47,259 nt of DNA. Source: Paraphysomonas bandaiensis. Taxonomy: Eukaryota > Protista > Chrysophyceae. A program made the translations under genes and the position numbers. Location of the stretch: assembly GCA_965644295.1 (NCBI GenBank), contig CBFFRP010000033.1, positions 1 to 47,259 on the forward strand, in the 5' to 3' direction. Below the pieces are notes generated by a model. It was given only the letters and a program-made list of their open reading frames with translations. It was not told the DNA's origin and did not search any database. Of this stretch, positions 25,901-38,834 are shown one piece after another (the stretch's first letter is position 1; each line of letters opens with the position of its first letter).

Positions 25901-26294
25901 GCGAGGGAGTCATGAAATCTAGTCGCGACCTATGCATAGAAACTGGTAGGGTTGAGAACATCAGCGATAAGTTACTAAATGGAGTTTTTGCCAAAGCAGA
26001 GGTTGGGCTTCTAACGATTATTTAGTCTATATACAACACCATTGGTAATTATTCCGTTGCTGTTGGTCAAACTTATAATAAATACCTACCAAAGATGGTA
26101 CATTACCTGAGAAGACATTGGACAGAAGTTACAAGATTCCACGTAACATGGTGTCGATGATTTCTGGAATTGACCGCAGACAGCACACTCGTCTTTCATC
26201 TTATTCGGTCATATTCCACGACAAGGACCAGTGGTTTCGTGATATGTTGATTGATGATAAGCGCCCAGCTCCTGCTACTCCTACACCAGTCTGA
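22943..26294 (+). pseudogene. Crinkler-type P-loop NTPase + PD-(D/E)xK nuclease-fold gene, frameshifted and internally duplicated; 5' part may extend to ~22265
   Basis: Walker A GVQGTGKT, Walker B IGIAADE, TGGIGR motif, downstream GVDVI...VDGWQCK; several frameshifts. Confidence 0.7.
23176..26164 (+). repeat. Tandem duplication, units 23176-24669 and 24670-26164
   Basis: Units appear identical except for a 1-bp indel; TGGAAT at 23176, 24670 and 26165. Confidence 0.96.
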
Positions 26295-26687
26295 AGACGA
26301 ATATTGGCAGGCATGAAAATAGATTTCACTGTGTTATTTGTTAATATAGAGTGATTCAGTCTTTCACAAACTTTAAAATGCCGTTAATTTGGATACATCT
26401 GTAGATCTGTAGCTATTTCTGTGTTGTTACACCCGAAGTTGTCAAGGTTTATTCCTATGTAAGTATTGCATGTTCTTCATGAGAAGTGTTCTTCTTATCA
26501 TTTTCACTTTTATATTAACTGTTCTTGTTTAAGTGTTAGGAAAAACTTGTTTGCTGGAATTAAGAATTGTGATAATTTAGAATCTGTGTTGATGTCATCG
26601 TAAATGTATCAAATGTATGTCATGTGCAATTCCCAGTAGTTTAAATGGTAAAAGTTAGATCGCACCCAGCGCAATAACCGTTACACA

Positions 26688-27213
26688 GTAGTGAATATCT
26701 TATTTTTAGCAATATGCAATTTATATAGGTTTTGCAAGTCCTTAAGATGAACATCCCAGGGAGAATCTGTTCGGCACTTATCCCCCAGAACACCACGAAA
26801 AGGTGCGAGTCCGACTTTGTTGAGGGAACTTTCTGCCCACTCATACTCAAATGCTTGTGTGTACAAGGAACACTAATAAGTGTCACTTGTGTAGACGTCT
26901 TTGGACCTTGACGACTAAACAAGTATCCAGGAATGGGCCCACCTCAACGATATCCGGGGTATTGGACTGTGGACTGCCTACTGAAGTCAAGCATCCGGGA
27001 TGTTCATCTTAAGGACTCAAAATCCTGAAGTCAGCAGATGTCATGTATAATATAAACATTCTGCTTGCTCACTGCGTTTGCTTTGAATGATAGAGCGAAA
27101 GTGGTTACACCTTGTTGCTTGCGGTGACGCACAAGTAGCTTTCGTAGCGTTAAATAGTAGGATATCAGAGATAATCACTCATTCTTAAAGCCTATAATAA
27201 TGAGACATCCACA
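26688..27213. mobile_element. Head-to-head pair of retroposon copies: F (-, 26688-26826, internally deleted) and G (+, 26831-27213, 5'-truncated)
   Basis: GTTGAGGG end of F is followed by AACT, then TTCTGCCCACTCATA from the family interior. Confidence 0.8.
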
Positions 27214-27604
27214 ATATAAGGTATTGTTCTGATTATTGTTGTGTGTTGTTGTTATTACAACTGTACTGTGTATATAATGGTAGCATAGGATAAGAGGCAG
27301 AACGGGAAGGAGAATGTCGTCGTCGACATTCGTGATGACAACGACGACCCGGATGAAGAGGTATTACGAAAGCGCACGAGCAGGGTATAAGTAATACTGT
27401 TTTTAAAGATGGTGGCGGGGTCGTCGAATTCCAGCAGAAAGCAGATGTGATACCTCCCGCTGTTGCTGAACTTCGTCAGGAAATGGTGTCCGGTCTACCA
27501 GAACTTCGTGATCTTCTTTTGATGAGAAAAAATGATGATCCTCTACCTGCTGCGGATGGTCCTCTACTTGCTTATGACCCTCCACCTACTAGTAATGTGC
27601 CCTC

Positions 27605-28254
27605 AACGCTCAGTCGAGGGATAAGCACCCCCCAGCTTAAGAATCAGCAGCACCACCGCGATGATAACGATGATAATAATATTAGCTGCAAAATTATCAG
27701 ATATGCGTGAATGGCACTTGAGAAGAAACTACCTCTCGCCACTCAATAGGCATCGCTTACTCCCTGTGGCATATCACGGATCGGGTAACAGAGACAAATT
27801 CCTAAGAGTACCAAAAATGCCTCGTAGGAGTACAAAAACAACAGATTCGCTTCGTCACCGAAAACACACTGCTTTTCTTGTGTATTCTTGGTAAGAGTAT
27901 GTGTAATCATCTGAGTAGTAAAAGAAACACTGCCCAGTGCGGCGTCAACCAAGAGTGTAACTACAATTGGGAACAGAAGCAGTAACGCTACCAGTAAAAA
28001 GTGTGAAGTGCCGTGACCTTTACACGTTGAAAACCACTGTTTAAAACAAGATTAATGCGCCATGTCTTCGCAATAAGTGGAGTCAGCATCATCGCAAACC
28101 CGAGGTGTCCTAGCACGTAGGCAGCTAAACAGGAATCATCATTTACCGGTAGAGATAGAGTTATTCCGAAAGCAATCAATGCTGCTCCACCGGGAAATAT
28201 AGTACTGCCTAATTCCGGCTGTAAGATGCGCACAATCCTCCGATTACAATAGTA
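27605..28254 (-). pseudogene. Partial duplicate of the class C GPCR 7TM region (copy of ~31818-32465)
   Basis: Near-identical sequence including an intron; 2-bp insertion frameshift near 27997. Confidence 0.92.
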
Positions 28255-29440
28255 GCAGGGGCAACTTGTAACGCAATAAATACTTCTAGTAACAACTATC
28301 ATTGCAACCTTTTTTTCATCATTAACCTTTAGATACAAATTACAGTAAAATAACAATTTAATACTTAGATATGAAACCTGGTGAAATCGCTTTACCAGGT
28401 TTTGGTATTACCTCGACTTTTAGAGAATAATATGACAATTGCACCAGATTAAATCAAACAATAAATCCCAAGATTTCAATAATAGCTACAGCAAATAATG
28501 TACTCCTACCACAAAAGGGTGCTGAAGGTATATAGCAACTCCGAGGTATTAAAGTCGTACATTATTGTGAAAAATAGTAGTCGCAGGAGGCTTCTTGCTG
28601 TCATTGTTATCATCATAACTTTTATGTTCATCATCACGCTTATTAACCTCTGCTAGTGCAACCGACTTGGTTGTTGTGTGCATGACATGAGGCACATACA
28701 CACAAGAAGGAGGAGGGCAGGGGAGCGCTCTGAGCCGCTTAGGCATATATTATTGTTATTGTTAGTAATATTGCACCTGATGTTGTCACATTGTCTACAT
28801 TAATATTTGCTAAACCTCCTGATACATTTAAAGTTTCTGAAACTGTATTTACTTTTATAGTATTTATATATGCCTTATATGTTGATGTATCTATTATAGT
28901 AGAAACTGTAAAACTTGTATTTGTTAAGTTGCTTGAATTAACATTCGTTATATCAAGTTCAAAATTTTTTATCACTTGTTAAACCATTGAAATATATGAT
29001 TGAACCATTGCTATAATTATATGTCAACACATTTGAAGAAAACGTATGTGTTGTACTAATTGATTCGCTTATTTCCTGATGAGCACAACGCTACCTATAA
29101 ACCCTGAAAGGGCTGGGTGCCACTGCTCATAATATATCATATATGTGGTATTTGAACTCTCCACAATAATTATTGAAGTTGTTGTTGCAAAGTCCTAGTT
29201 TTGAATATTGATCACTTGAACTGCTTTTATTTAAAATTTAGATCTTCTATATCACATACGAAGGATGGAATATACTTGAAGTATCTATTTTTTACCCGGT
29301 GATAATATGAGTATCTATTTTTACCTGATGCTAATATGAACCTTCTGTTAAACCCAATTTAGGTAAGAACTCTTTTAGAGACAAAGTGGATAAAACTATT
29401 CTATGCTAGTTTAATACAATGAGTAGTTATTATGATAATA

Positions 29441-31064
29441 AATAAAGAATTGATCTTTATAATAGTAAAACAATGTTGTGATTATTAGAGTGTAAGTAAT
29501 GAACACGATAGAGTGATAATTATGAATAACAATATAGAACATAACTATCATGCACAACGGAATAGTTAGAAGTGTAACTGTTAATGACGACGTTATGATG
29601 ACGATCATGTGTGTATCTTCGACAGATACTTCAGTTTATGATATATTTCAGTGAACATTATAACTCACAGATACAATCTTGTATTAAGCTGAATCCTAAT
29701 ACGCCCCCTCAATTAAATAATCAGTAAACCGTAGATAATAGAGAGAATATGAACTTATACACACTGAGAGTAAAAACCAGAGTATCAGTCACTAGTCAAT
29801 AATAAGCGAACTGCAGAGATGCCATATATTGTGAGACCATCCTTCTAGTCCAGCATCATGTATTGAATAAAAGTAAAAAAATGGTAAAAACTCCGCGTAA
29901 CTCAAACTAGCCACCCAGGTCGCTTGTGGCTTGGTAATTGAGATTTAGGTGTCTCTGAGGTTGTTGATCGCTTTCTGTTGTTGCTGGATGGGATGTCGAA
30001 CCCAGCTCCCCCCCGCAATGTGCGGAAGTTAATTGCTCCTAGTGGTTTTGTAAGGAGGTCGGCTAACATTGACTTGTTGGTGGATATATGATCAACAGTA
30101 ATATACGTTCTCGGCAATATATGTTCTCGGATGAAGTGATATCGAATCGCGATATGTTTAGTACGTCGATGATGAGTAGGATTGTAACATAATTGGACTG
30201 CACCTATATTATCGCACCAAATAGTTGTTGAGAATGGAAGTTTGAAACCAATTTCTGATAATAAAGAGCGTAGCCATAATGCTTTCTGAGCTGCTGACGA
30301 TAAAGCCGTATACTCAGCTTCAGTAGATGACAATGCCACAGTTGTCTGTAATCGTGATATTATTGCCACGATATAAGACAATTACCTATGAAGAATGTAA
30401 AAGCTGTAGTGGACCGTCGAGTGAGATGACATCGTGCCCAATCGCTATCGCAGTATCCTGACAATGTTATGTGGGATCCAGAATATATCAATCCTTGCTT
30501 AGCAGTGCCTTTGAGATACCTAAGAACATGTAACAAAGCATTAGATTAGGCATATCAGAAAATCTGGCTAGAGTATTGACTGCGTAGGCGATAACCGGTC
30601 GAGTGCATACAGCTAGATACATCAGGAAACCTATGTGCTCCTTGTAGGGGAAATTCTGAACATAACTTTGATTTGATTCTGAAAGATGATTGTATTCATG
30701 TATATCATAGTTTAATGAAAATAACATAGGTGTTGACATGGGTTTACAGTTGGACATATTGAATTTGTCCAGTAGTTTGTTGACATACTGCTCCTGACTG
30801 AGAGTCGTGATATTCTTATCAAAGTCTTGATGGATGGAAATGCCCAAGTAATAATCTAAGAGTCCGAGATCCGTAATTTCGAACTTTTTGGATAAATGGT
30901 CTTTGAATAGTTGGATATCAGTGTCGGATGCAGATGCTATAATAATATCATTCACATACATGGCTATTAGCATAATCCTGCCATTAATCTGTTTTTTGAA
31001 TATACACGGGTCAGATATTACTCTGGTGAAACCCATATCTAGCATAAAATTTGTACAGCACTTA
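29441..31064 (-). mobile_element. Older 5'-truncated copy of the same copia family (RT-RH + 3' LTR 29441-29701)
   Basis: High similarity to ~3560-5202; YVDD mutated to YVND; frameshifts. Confidence 0.95.
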
Positions 31065-31240
31065 AGCCTATGGATTATGGAAGTAAGAATAAGTGGCCAC
31101 AAAAAACATTAAAAAAAATACACTTATCTTACTATCGAGGCTAGAGCAACTAAAAAGTACGAAAATATCGTGATTTACATTTCAGTGACATATCTATACA
31201 TTACACTATTTCAATTTGTTGGAAGCAATACATTGAAGCA

Positions 31241-34144
31241 CTAGGCTTCACATTGTTCTGGTACAGAATCTAACGAGAATTGTGAATTCATCTGTTTGTC
31301 ATTCTTTGACTCAGATGGTACTTCTTCCAGGTTGGGTCTCAACGACGATTTAATTTGAGTATGATTCGACGGCGCAAGAGCTTCTGACATGCTTTCCCGA
31401 TACAGTTGCTTGTTCGCAATATGGGCAAGCCGTTGGTTAAGGCGTTCGATTTCAAGTTGAATCTTCCACTTCTCATCATGCTCTATGTCTGTAGTGCTGA
31501 CACGAACGTGATCTGACTCGTCCGGTGCAACACTTTTAGTGCCGGATCGAGTGAAGAACAAGACGATAGATCTACAAAGACACGACTTAAGTTTCCATCG
31601 AAATGGAGCAGAAACACACTTACTTTCTAACAAATACGGGTTTATGGCTGTCCACGATTTCGAATCGCTTGTTGAGGTCCAGTCCCTAAAGAAATACAAT
31701 CAAACATCGTTTCGAAAATCATTCAGTGCGCAACCTGCAAAGATTTGAATATAGCGTCGTGATACAAACACATGATAACACTGATTGCACCAGACAGCAT
31801 TGCCATCGCAATTATAAAACGCTCAGTCGAGGGATAAGCACCCCCCAGCTTAAGAATCAGCAGCACCACCGCGATGATAACGATGATAATAATATTAGCT
31901 GCAAAATTATCAGATATGCGTGAATGGCACTTGAGAAGAAACTACCTCTCGCCACTCGATAGGCATCGCTTACTCCCTGTGGCATATCACGGATCGGGTA
32001 ACAGAGACAAATTCCTAAGAGTACCAAAAATGCCTCGTAGGAGTACAAAAACAACAGATTCGCTTCGTCACCGAAAACACACTGCTTTTCTTGTGTATTC
32101 TTGGTAAGAGTATGTGTAATCACCTGAGTAGTAAAAGAAACACTGCCCAGTGCGGCGTCAACCAAGAGTGTAATTACAATTGGGAACAGAAGCAGTAACG
32201 CTACCAGTAAAGTGTGAAGTGCTGTGACCTTTACACGTTGAAAACCACTGTTTAAAACAAGATTAATGCGCCATGTCTTCGCAATAAGTGGAGTCAGCAT
32301 CATCGCAAACCCGAGGTGTCCTAGCACGTAGGCAGCTAAACAGGAATCATCATTTACCGGTAGAGATAGAGTTATTCCGAAAGCAACCAATGCTGCTCCG
32401 CCGGGAAATATAATACTGCCTAATTCCGGCTGTAAGATGCGCACAATCCTCCGATTACGATAGTATATCAGCACTGCAGCGAAGGAAACACATATGATAG
32501 CCACAATGACGGCCGCACTTCGCAGTACCACGACTAGCGGTGTTGACATGCGTAAGGTTTTCCTCCGCGGTCTATCACGAGGTGGATCGTTCGTTGGCGT
32601 ATTGAACTTATATGTGTAACACTCTTCATCATTCGAATTACAATCTCTATACCCGCTGTCTGTATTAATATATCCTACCACAACAAATCCCTCCGTCAGG
32701 TTCACATTATTCGAACTGAGAAAAATATCAGCCTGAAAGTTAACCACCTCATAGAGCATATCACTGAGTCGGTCATTATTCTGCCTATCAGGAAAGGGTT
32801 CAAACTCCACCCGACCGCTAGCACCGTTGAAGCTAATATAATTCATGCTTTGCATGAGAAGGTAGTAGTGAAACGGGTAGTTAATGTCGTATTTGTCAAC
32901 ATGAATATAATGATGAAGTGCATGGGCCAGAGATATAACAGCATCGTACGCGAAAAATGTATCGTCATATAAGTCTACTCCTGTAGAATCGAAGGATGCA
33001 TGGTCGAGTCCCGCGCATACAGTACCCTCATTATTCTGATGTAGGTAGTTGCCAACCGAGTCAGTGGCATTGTTGCAGTCCGATTGATCTCCATCAGTCG
33101 ACGGCTGTGATCTGAACCTGTGTATAAAATCCAATGCCTCAGGCGTAGATCGGTTGACAATGGAGCGAAAGGCGATCGCTCCGTGCAACAATTCTGCGAT
33201 TTGTGTACTATCGAAGTGTGCACTCAGATGTGTCTTCCACACCACGGGGTCTGTAAGAAATCCCGATACAATAAGTTGCGTACCAGGTTTAAGCAAGCCG
33301 TAGTCATAGGCCGCTTTAAGAAACGCACTCCCATGAGATGCCGATGCGTATACAGCAATAATATTAAAATTTGTGGCAGCGATCTCCACAATAATATCGG
33401 TATAATCTGTCTGGATGGGGTAGATTATATGATCTGTGCGTTCGATTTCGGATTGTTCAATGCCAAGGTAGTCCGTGAAGAAAATATCGTACTTGAACGA
33501 GGAGTGAAAGCCAAACGACGTATATGCTTTTACTACTGCCACTCTCGTCCACTTAAACTTCTCATAGGTGAGAAATGGAGCTACGTATCCTTCCTGTGCA
33601 GAAGGGGGATTTGTTCTCACGAAGTTGTTGTATACACGGTTAGTAAAGTCATCCTCGTCAGCGTGATATCCTATCTGAATTATGCCATTCTCCATCAGTA
33701 ATTTTGCCCCACCTGTAGTATAGAGTGACAACAAGTCAATTCAATCAATTCAGTACCTTCAATAGGAGCATTTTCTTGAGGGCCAATAACTGCCCGAACA
33801 CCTTCGTCGACAGCATACAGTGCAGAAACAGCACCAGCCGTTTTTGTGTTCGCCGGCTGGGCTGATATGACACTGAATGTTATATTGGGCAAAATATCGT
33901 CATAGATGCCATCCGTTTTATTGTTAATTTCACTTATAGCCAATAGAATAGCCGACTTGTACTGCAGGCCCTCCGGGTCGATATCCCCTGCACGGAATAT
34001 GAGTTGGAGAGAGCAAATCACTCACAACAAACCTGTCGAGAGGAAATTATTAAACATGACTCCAGTTTTATATTCCTGTGTCCATGTTGCCACACAAAGA
34101 CCTGACACCACACTGAGCACAGCCACTAGCAACCCGTTTATCAT
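31241..34144 (-). CDS. Class C (GABA-B-like) GPCR: signal peptide, Venus-flytrap/ANF-receptor domain, 7TM, coiled-coil-like tail; 5 short introns
   Basis: Motifs AISEINN..ILPNITF, VRAVIGP, FAYDAV, SFNGASGRVEF, IAKTWRI. GT-AG introns (e.g. 33713-33756) join the ORFs in frame through to the stop at 31241. Confidence 0.88.
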
Positions 34145-34530
34145 ATTCGTAGTGTGTGTTGTAGGTACGGCTCTATATCATAAGGCGACAGATACAAAGC
34201 GTAATGAGGCGATACTACTGCAGTGATTACTTATGATCTGCACATAACAGGCAGGACAGATCGCAGTTGTATGGAAATACATGACCTCAATCATCCTCTC
34301 TTCGCACTTCGTTTCGTGCGAGTGCAAGTAAGACGTGCGAACCAACCTTGGAATAAATTCCCACACTCAAAAAAGCCATTTTTTGAGATTCTGGGATGTT
34401 GAAAATCGAAAAATAGACATAAAACCCCACCAAAAAAACTGTTGTGGTCATACCAACTCAACAAGTACGAACCTCAACAACTGAAATTGAGAACTCACGA
34501 TGGCTAGACGTAGGAATAATTATTGTTCCA

Positions 34531-34605
34531 GCTACTCCATGCCATGGTTCCTTCTTCATGGTACACTATGGTACTCCATAGTACTCCATGGTACTCCATG
34601 GTACA
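34531..34605. repeat. 10-bp tandem repeat (GTACTCCATG)n, degenerate
   Basis: Seen directly, upstream of the NTPase-nuclease gene. Confidence 0.8.
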
Positions 34606-34742
34606 GTTTCACCGATATGGAATGACGTTAATTTTTTGTTTGTTGGTTAGTCATTTCTTACTTATGAAGTAAACAGCCATTGTTTTTATTTAGTAATATA
34701 TTAATAAGAGCCATTGCCTTCTATCAAGTTGTGTTTATAAAT

Positions 34743-36923
34743 ATGGATGTTAGCAAAAGAATAGTTGAAGACGTACTGGCATATTTATGCGAAGTTTATG
34801 GTGACAATAATAGTGAGTTAAATATCGGGAATAGTAAAAGTTTGGTGACACCGTTTGGACAAAAAATGCCACTTGTTGGTAGAAATGATATGCTTGAATC
34901 AGCAAAGCGTTTATTCGACGAGAGAGCTTCATGACGTCATATATTAGAGCGCAATTCCCATCGAGTCGGTGTCATTGGTGGCTGTAGTGGTTTAGGGAAA
35001 ACGAGAGGACTTGCTGCGGTCGGGGAAAGAATCCATGAATGGAAATCTGAAAATCAGTGGCATGCAATTGTCAACATATCATACAACAATGGAAATCCTC
35101 CCACTTGTGATCGTTCCCTTTTCGGCTTATCTGACACTAAGCCTGCAATTGATGTTGCCAACACAGCATTTGGCCTTCGTGTGCTATATTTCGCTTTTGT
35201 ATGTGGATCACAACGAAGGGTGCCCTTCGAACATTTTGCCAGGGAGTTCCCACGAGGCCTTCTGAGCAGTTTGACTACTAGAATAGCTATCTTAGCGATA
35301 TGCAGTTTCTGCGAGATGAAATACAGTCTGTCAGACGGAGTTCTGTTTATTGGAGTTGATGAAATCAATTACCTCCTAGATGAAACATATCACGGTGTCA
35401 ACAACAAAGAACAGCAATTCAGAGCGTTTTTGAAGGCCACGATGATAGCGTTTGGTAGTTCTTTGATTTCAACCTCTGCGTGCTTCGTCTTTGGAATTGT
35501 CGCTGGCACTACTATTTTACCACTAGATAAGGTCTTCGCGGAGTCAGGGCACCCAGTGTGTAAATTGCCTATTGGGCTTCTATCAGGGGATGACTGTGAG
35601 CTTCTGATGGATAGCCTGGAAAAGGGCAGCCCAGCCATATGGGGGAATTGGAGAATATGTCGAGCGTTTCGGACAGTGTTGAGTGATTTTGGTTCCTTGC
35701 CTCGCCTAGCGGAGAAGTTTTTGCAGACGGTGGAGGAAAAGATTGAGGCCGACGGGGAGCTATTGATGAATATTGACTATGAAACTTTATATTCAATGCT
35801 CCGCTCCTCCCTAATAATAGATGCACATATTCTTGCGCGATATGGTAGTACATTGATATCGGCTGTAATGTTGTCCACTAGTGTGTCTCGCGGTCAATTC
35901 GCTTGCACTGCAAGTATATATGAAGACAGGGAGACTGACTCCCTACTGACTTTTGGTGCACTGGAAGAGCAAGGAATTATCGTATTGAAAACTACTTCAG
36001 AGCAGCATTGTGTCGTACAACTGCCTTATCCTGTGTTTAGATATGTTGTCGAATGCCTGAGCGGAAGTGATCTGCTGGTGCATGCACTCCGGAGACTGTG
36101 TGCGTTAGGTAACCCAATGGCATCGCTATCATGGCAGAGCTTCGAAGATATGTTTGTTCACATGGAGGCTGTTCGTGAAATGCTACTCGCCAGATCTCTT
36201 GAAGAGGATAAGTCTTATTCTGCGAATAGTTTCTACTGTGCTCAACAAGGTCATTCATCTGCTGTCGACGAATATCTCGAGTTTTCATTGAGAGAGCATT
36301 GTTCTATTAGCACTGTTTCAACAAGGTTTCCGAGTAGTTCTTGTATGACAGATGGTGATGAGCAGGGTATTGGGGAAACTGGTCAGCCAGTCAATGGTAG
36401 CACAGAAATCATCAAGAATGCACCAGGTGCCATTATTGACTCGATCACATGTCGTTCACAGTATGATGGCTCAAGAGTATTCTGTTTTGGTCAACAGAAA
36501 TACTATCAAGATGGCATTGTTTCACTTAATCATATTAACTCAGAGTATCAAGAAGTTCAACGACGTATGGGATCGGCAAACGACAATACTGGTGTTCCCT
36601 ACATCCTGGTCGTCGCCGCCACTCGTGTAGCTGACGATGTGTTAGGCCATATTCCCGAGGGGTGTATTCTGTTAACGGGTGCATCTTTGGAAACCTTTTT
36701 TGGTCCGATATTCACTGGACGATATCGACTTCTGGCTGACATGCCGAAACTGAATATCAACACTTCCAACCTTGGTGAGCTGAAGACCCTTCCTGGGATA
36801 GGATATACACTGGCGAAAATGATCTTGGCAAAACGAGCAGAGCGCGCATTTTTAAGCTGGGATGATTTGAAAAGCCGAGTGCGGAGGATTTCGAAAAAAT
36901 TGGAGCTGTGTGTGGAGTTTTAG
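34743..36923 (+). pseudogene. Crinkler-type NTPase + REase-fold + C-terminal ComEA-like HhH; single in-frame TGA at 34932-34934
   Basis: One continuous frame: LVGR, Walker A GCSGLGKT, ISYNNG, Walker B LFIGVDE, WQSFE, KNAPGAIID..FGQQK, LNINTSNLGELKTLPGIG. Confidence 0.8.
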
Positions 36924-37029
36924 TTGGTGAATTTATTTGCTTGGAAGTTCTCTCGCTATCATTACAATTATATATTTGTTATGTTCCTTGTTTTACTTGG
37001 TTGTGTAATTAGACAATACTATCTACTAA

Positions 37030-38068
37030 GTAGGCAAAGCAAACGTTGAAATTGCTCATTCTTAACTAGATCTCAGAGAGAATTTGTCGTTAGGCTAGAT
37101 AGATTTATTAATATCGTTTACACGAAGTTGTGATAAACAACACAAACTCATTTTGTTCCACGCATAATCTCCTACATATGTGAACCTCTCGTTACTAAAC
37201 ATATCTTGAAAGATCACACTATTTCAGTTTCTCAATATCATCGCAGCATTTGTAAATCACTATATTTCACTGTATTCTCGCACCTTGTCTTCAAGTGACA
37301 TACTGAATATACTAGAATATAATCCGTATTCTAATACTCCCACTTAATGTAGAATGCAGTGAGATAAAACAACAGTGAGCAGAGTAATCTTTATGCTATG
37401 ACTATCTAGTTTCATAGGTAATATAGATGTGAAATCTTTTAAAGATACATATATAACTAGCAGTCAACTAGATATACAGTTATGTGGGATTTTCCCCCAC
37501 TAAAACACACCTTTAACCTCTTCGGGGTCGTTTCTTCTGCTGCTCCTCCACTCTGGTTGACACGCTTCTCTTCACCCCGGTAATCGTTTTCTCATGACGG
37601 CTGAAAATCTTCGTCGACAATGCCTTCGTAAAAATATCGGCCGCCATATCATCCGAAGACACATGAATCAACTTTGCTATAGGAAATTTTCCATTAACAT
37701 GCTCTCTTACCCAGTCAGTGATACTTGACGTCAATATGTTTCGACCTCTCGTGATACACTGGATTCTTGGAAAGATCCTTTGCACTCTTGCTGTCCATAA
37801 AGAATGAAGTCGGCTTTGCTACCAAGAGTTCGAGCTCCTTGAACACCCCCAAAGCCACACCAGTTCTTGCATAGCCGCATACTCTGCCATATACTCAGAT
37901 TCCATGCTTGAAGTCGCAACTGTGGACTGAAGCTTGGACTGTCAGGCCAAAGCGCCCACAGATAAAAACACGATGTGTCCCGTTGTGGACCGCCGACGAG
38001 TCATCCTATCACCAGCCCAGTCTGAATCACTGAATACATGTAAATCAAACTCACTCCCACTGAATCTG
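37030..38068 (-). mobile_element. Degenerate copia remnant (second family): RNase H, PPT and 3' LTR starting at 37336; distal LTR end uncertain
   Basis: FSDSDWAG..RRSTTG, SKLQSTVATSSMESEY, MAADIFTKAL; AAGTGGGAG PPT followed by TATTAG. Confidence 0.85.
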
Positions 38069-38074
38069 ATTGGT

Positions 38075-38498
38075 TAAGAGAAAGATGAGGAGGAGGAAGA
38101 CGAGGCCATTCGTTTACTTAAAGACAACCGAAAGCGCCAAAAAGCACGCATCAAACTTCCAACACGATATCGTTGCATGAATTATTTGTATAGCACTACC
38201 AATGTTTGTGAGAGGTTGTTTAGCAGAGCTAAGATTGTTATGACTAGATTTTTGCAAGCGAATGACACCTAGACACCTTGAAATGTTGAAGTTTCTGCGT
38301 GAAATTGTTAATGTTTTTTGATGAGATTATAGTTCAGAAAGTTACTCTAAAATCTATCAATAGAATTAAAGGCAATTAACAGGCAATAATTGCCAATTAA
38401 TTGCATTGACAATAATTGGATGCTTGATTAATAATTGCAATTATTATTGTTGGACACCTGTCACCAATTAATTGCCAATTAATTGTTACGCAAGCCTG
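38075..38498 (+). mobile_element. Right portion of a hAT family 2 element
   Basis: Homologous to 13320-14208 without the retroposon insert; NVCERLFSRAK motif; TIR TTGTTACGCAAGCCTG. Confidence 0.85.
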
Positions 38499-38834
38499 GT
38501 ATAAAATAACCGGATAGCTGGTTATTACACTTACACCAGGTAAAGATGACAAAAGTAATCCAAGGTGTGGAATAAGAGAAATTCTTTACTGTATATCATA
38601 CGCACCCCGACTACATATTTTACTTTTATCTTTCATTCCGCTTTCGCTTTATATTGACGCCTTTTGCTAACAGGACTTAACGATACTTCATTTCACTAAA
38701 GGTGAAATGATGTTGATTTCGTCATCGTATGTGTGCATTATTGGTATACTAAATAATGTAGTGTTTACAGTCGTTTATTTACGGGGACTCGAAGACAAAG
38801 TCGTTAAACATTTGCTATTAAATTGAATGAATTT

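Noticed and set aside
33120-33701. 193-aa plus-strand ORF and similar antisense ORFs over PP2C and copia
   Set aside because: Shadow ORFs opposite well-supported genes, with no recognisable motifs.
34932-34934. TGA as reassigned codon or selenocysteine
   Set aside because: TGA ends other genes here (17997-17999, 14713-14715); no SECIS or redox motif recognised.
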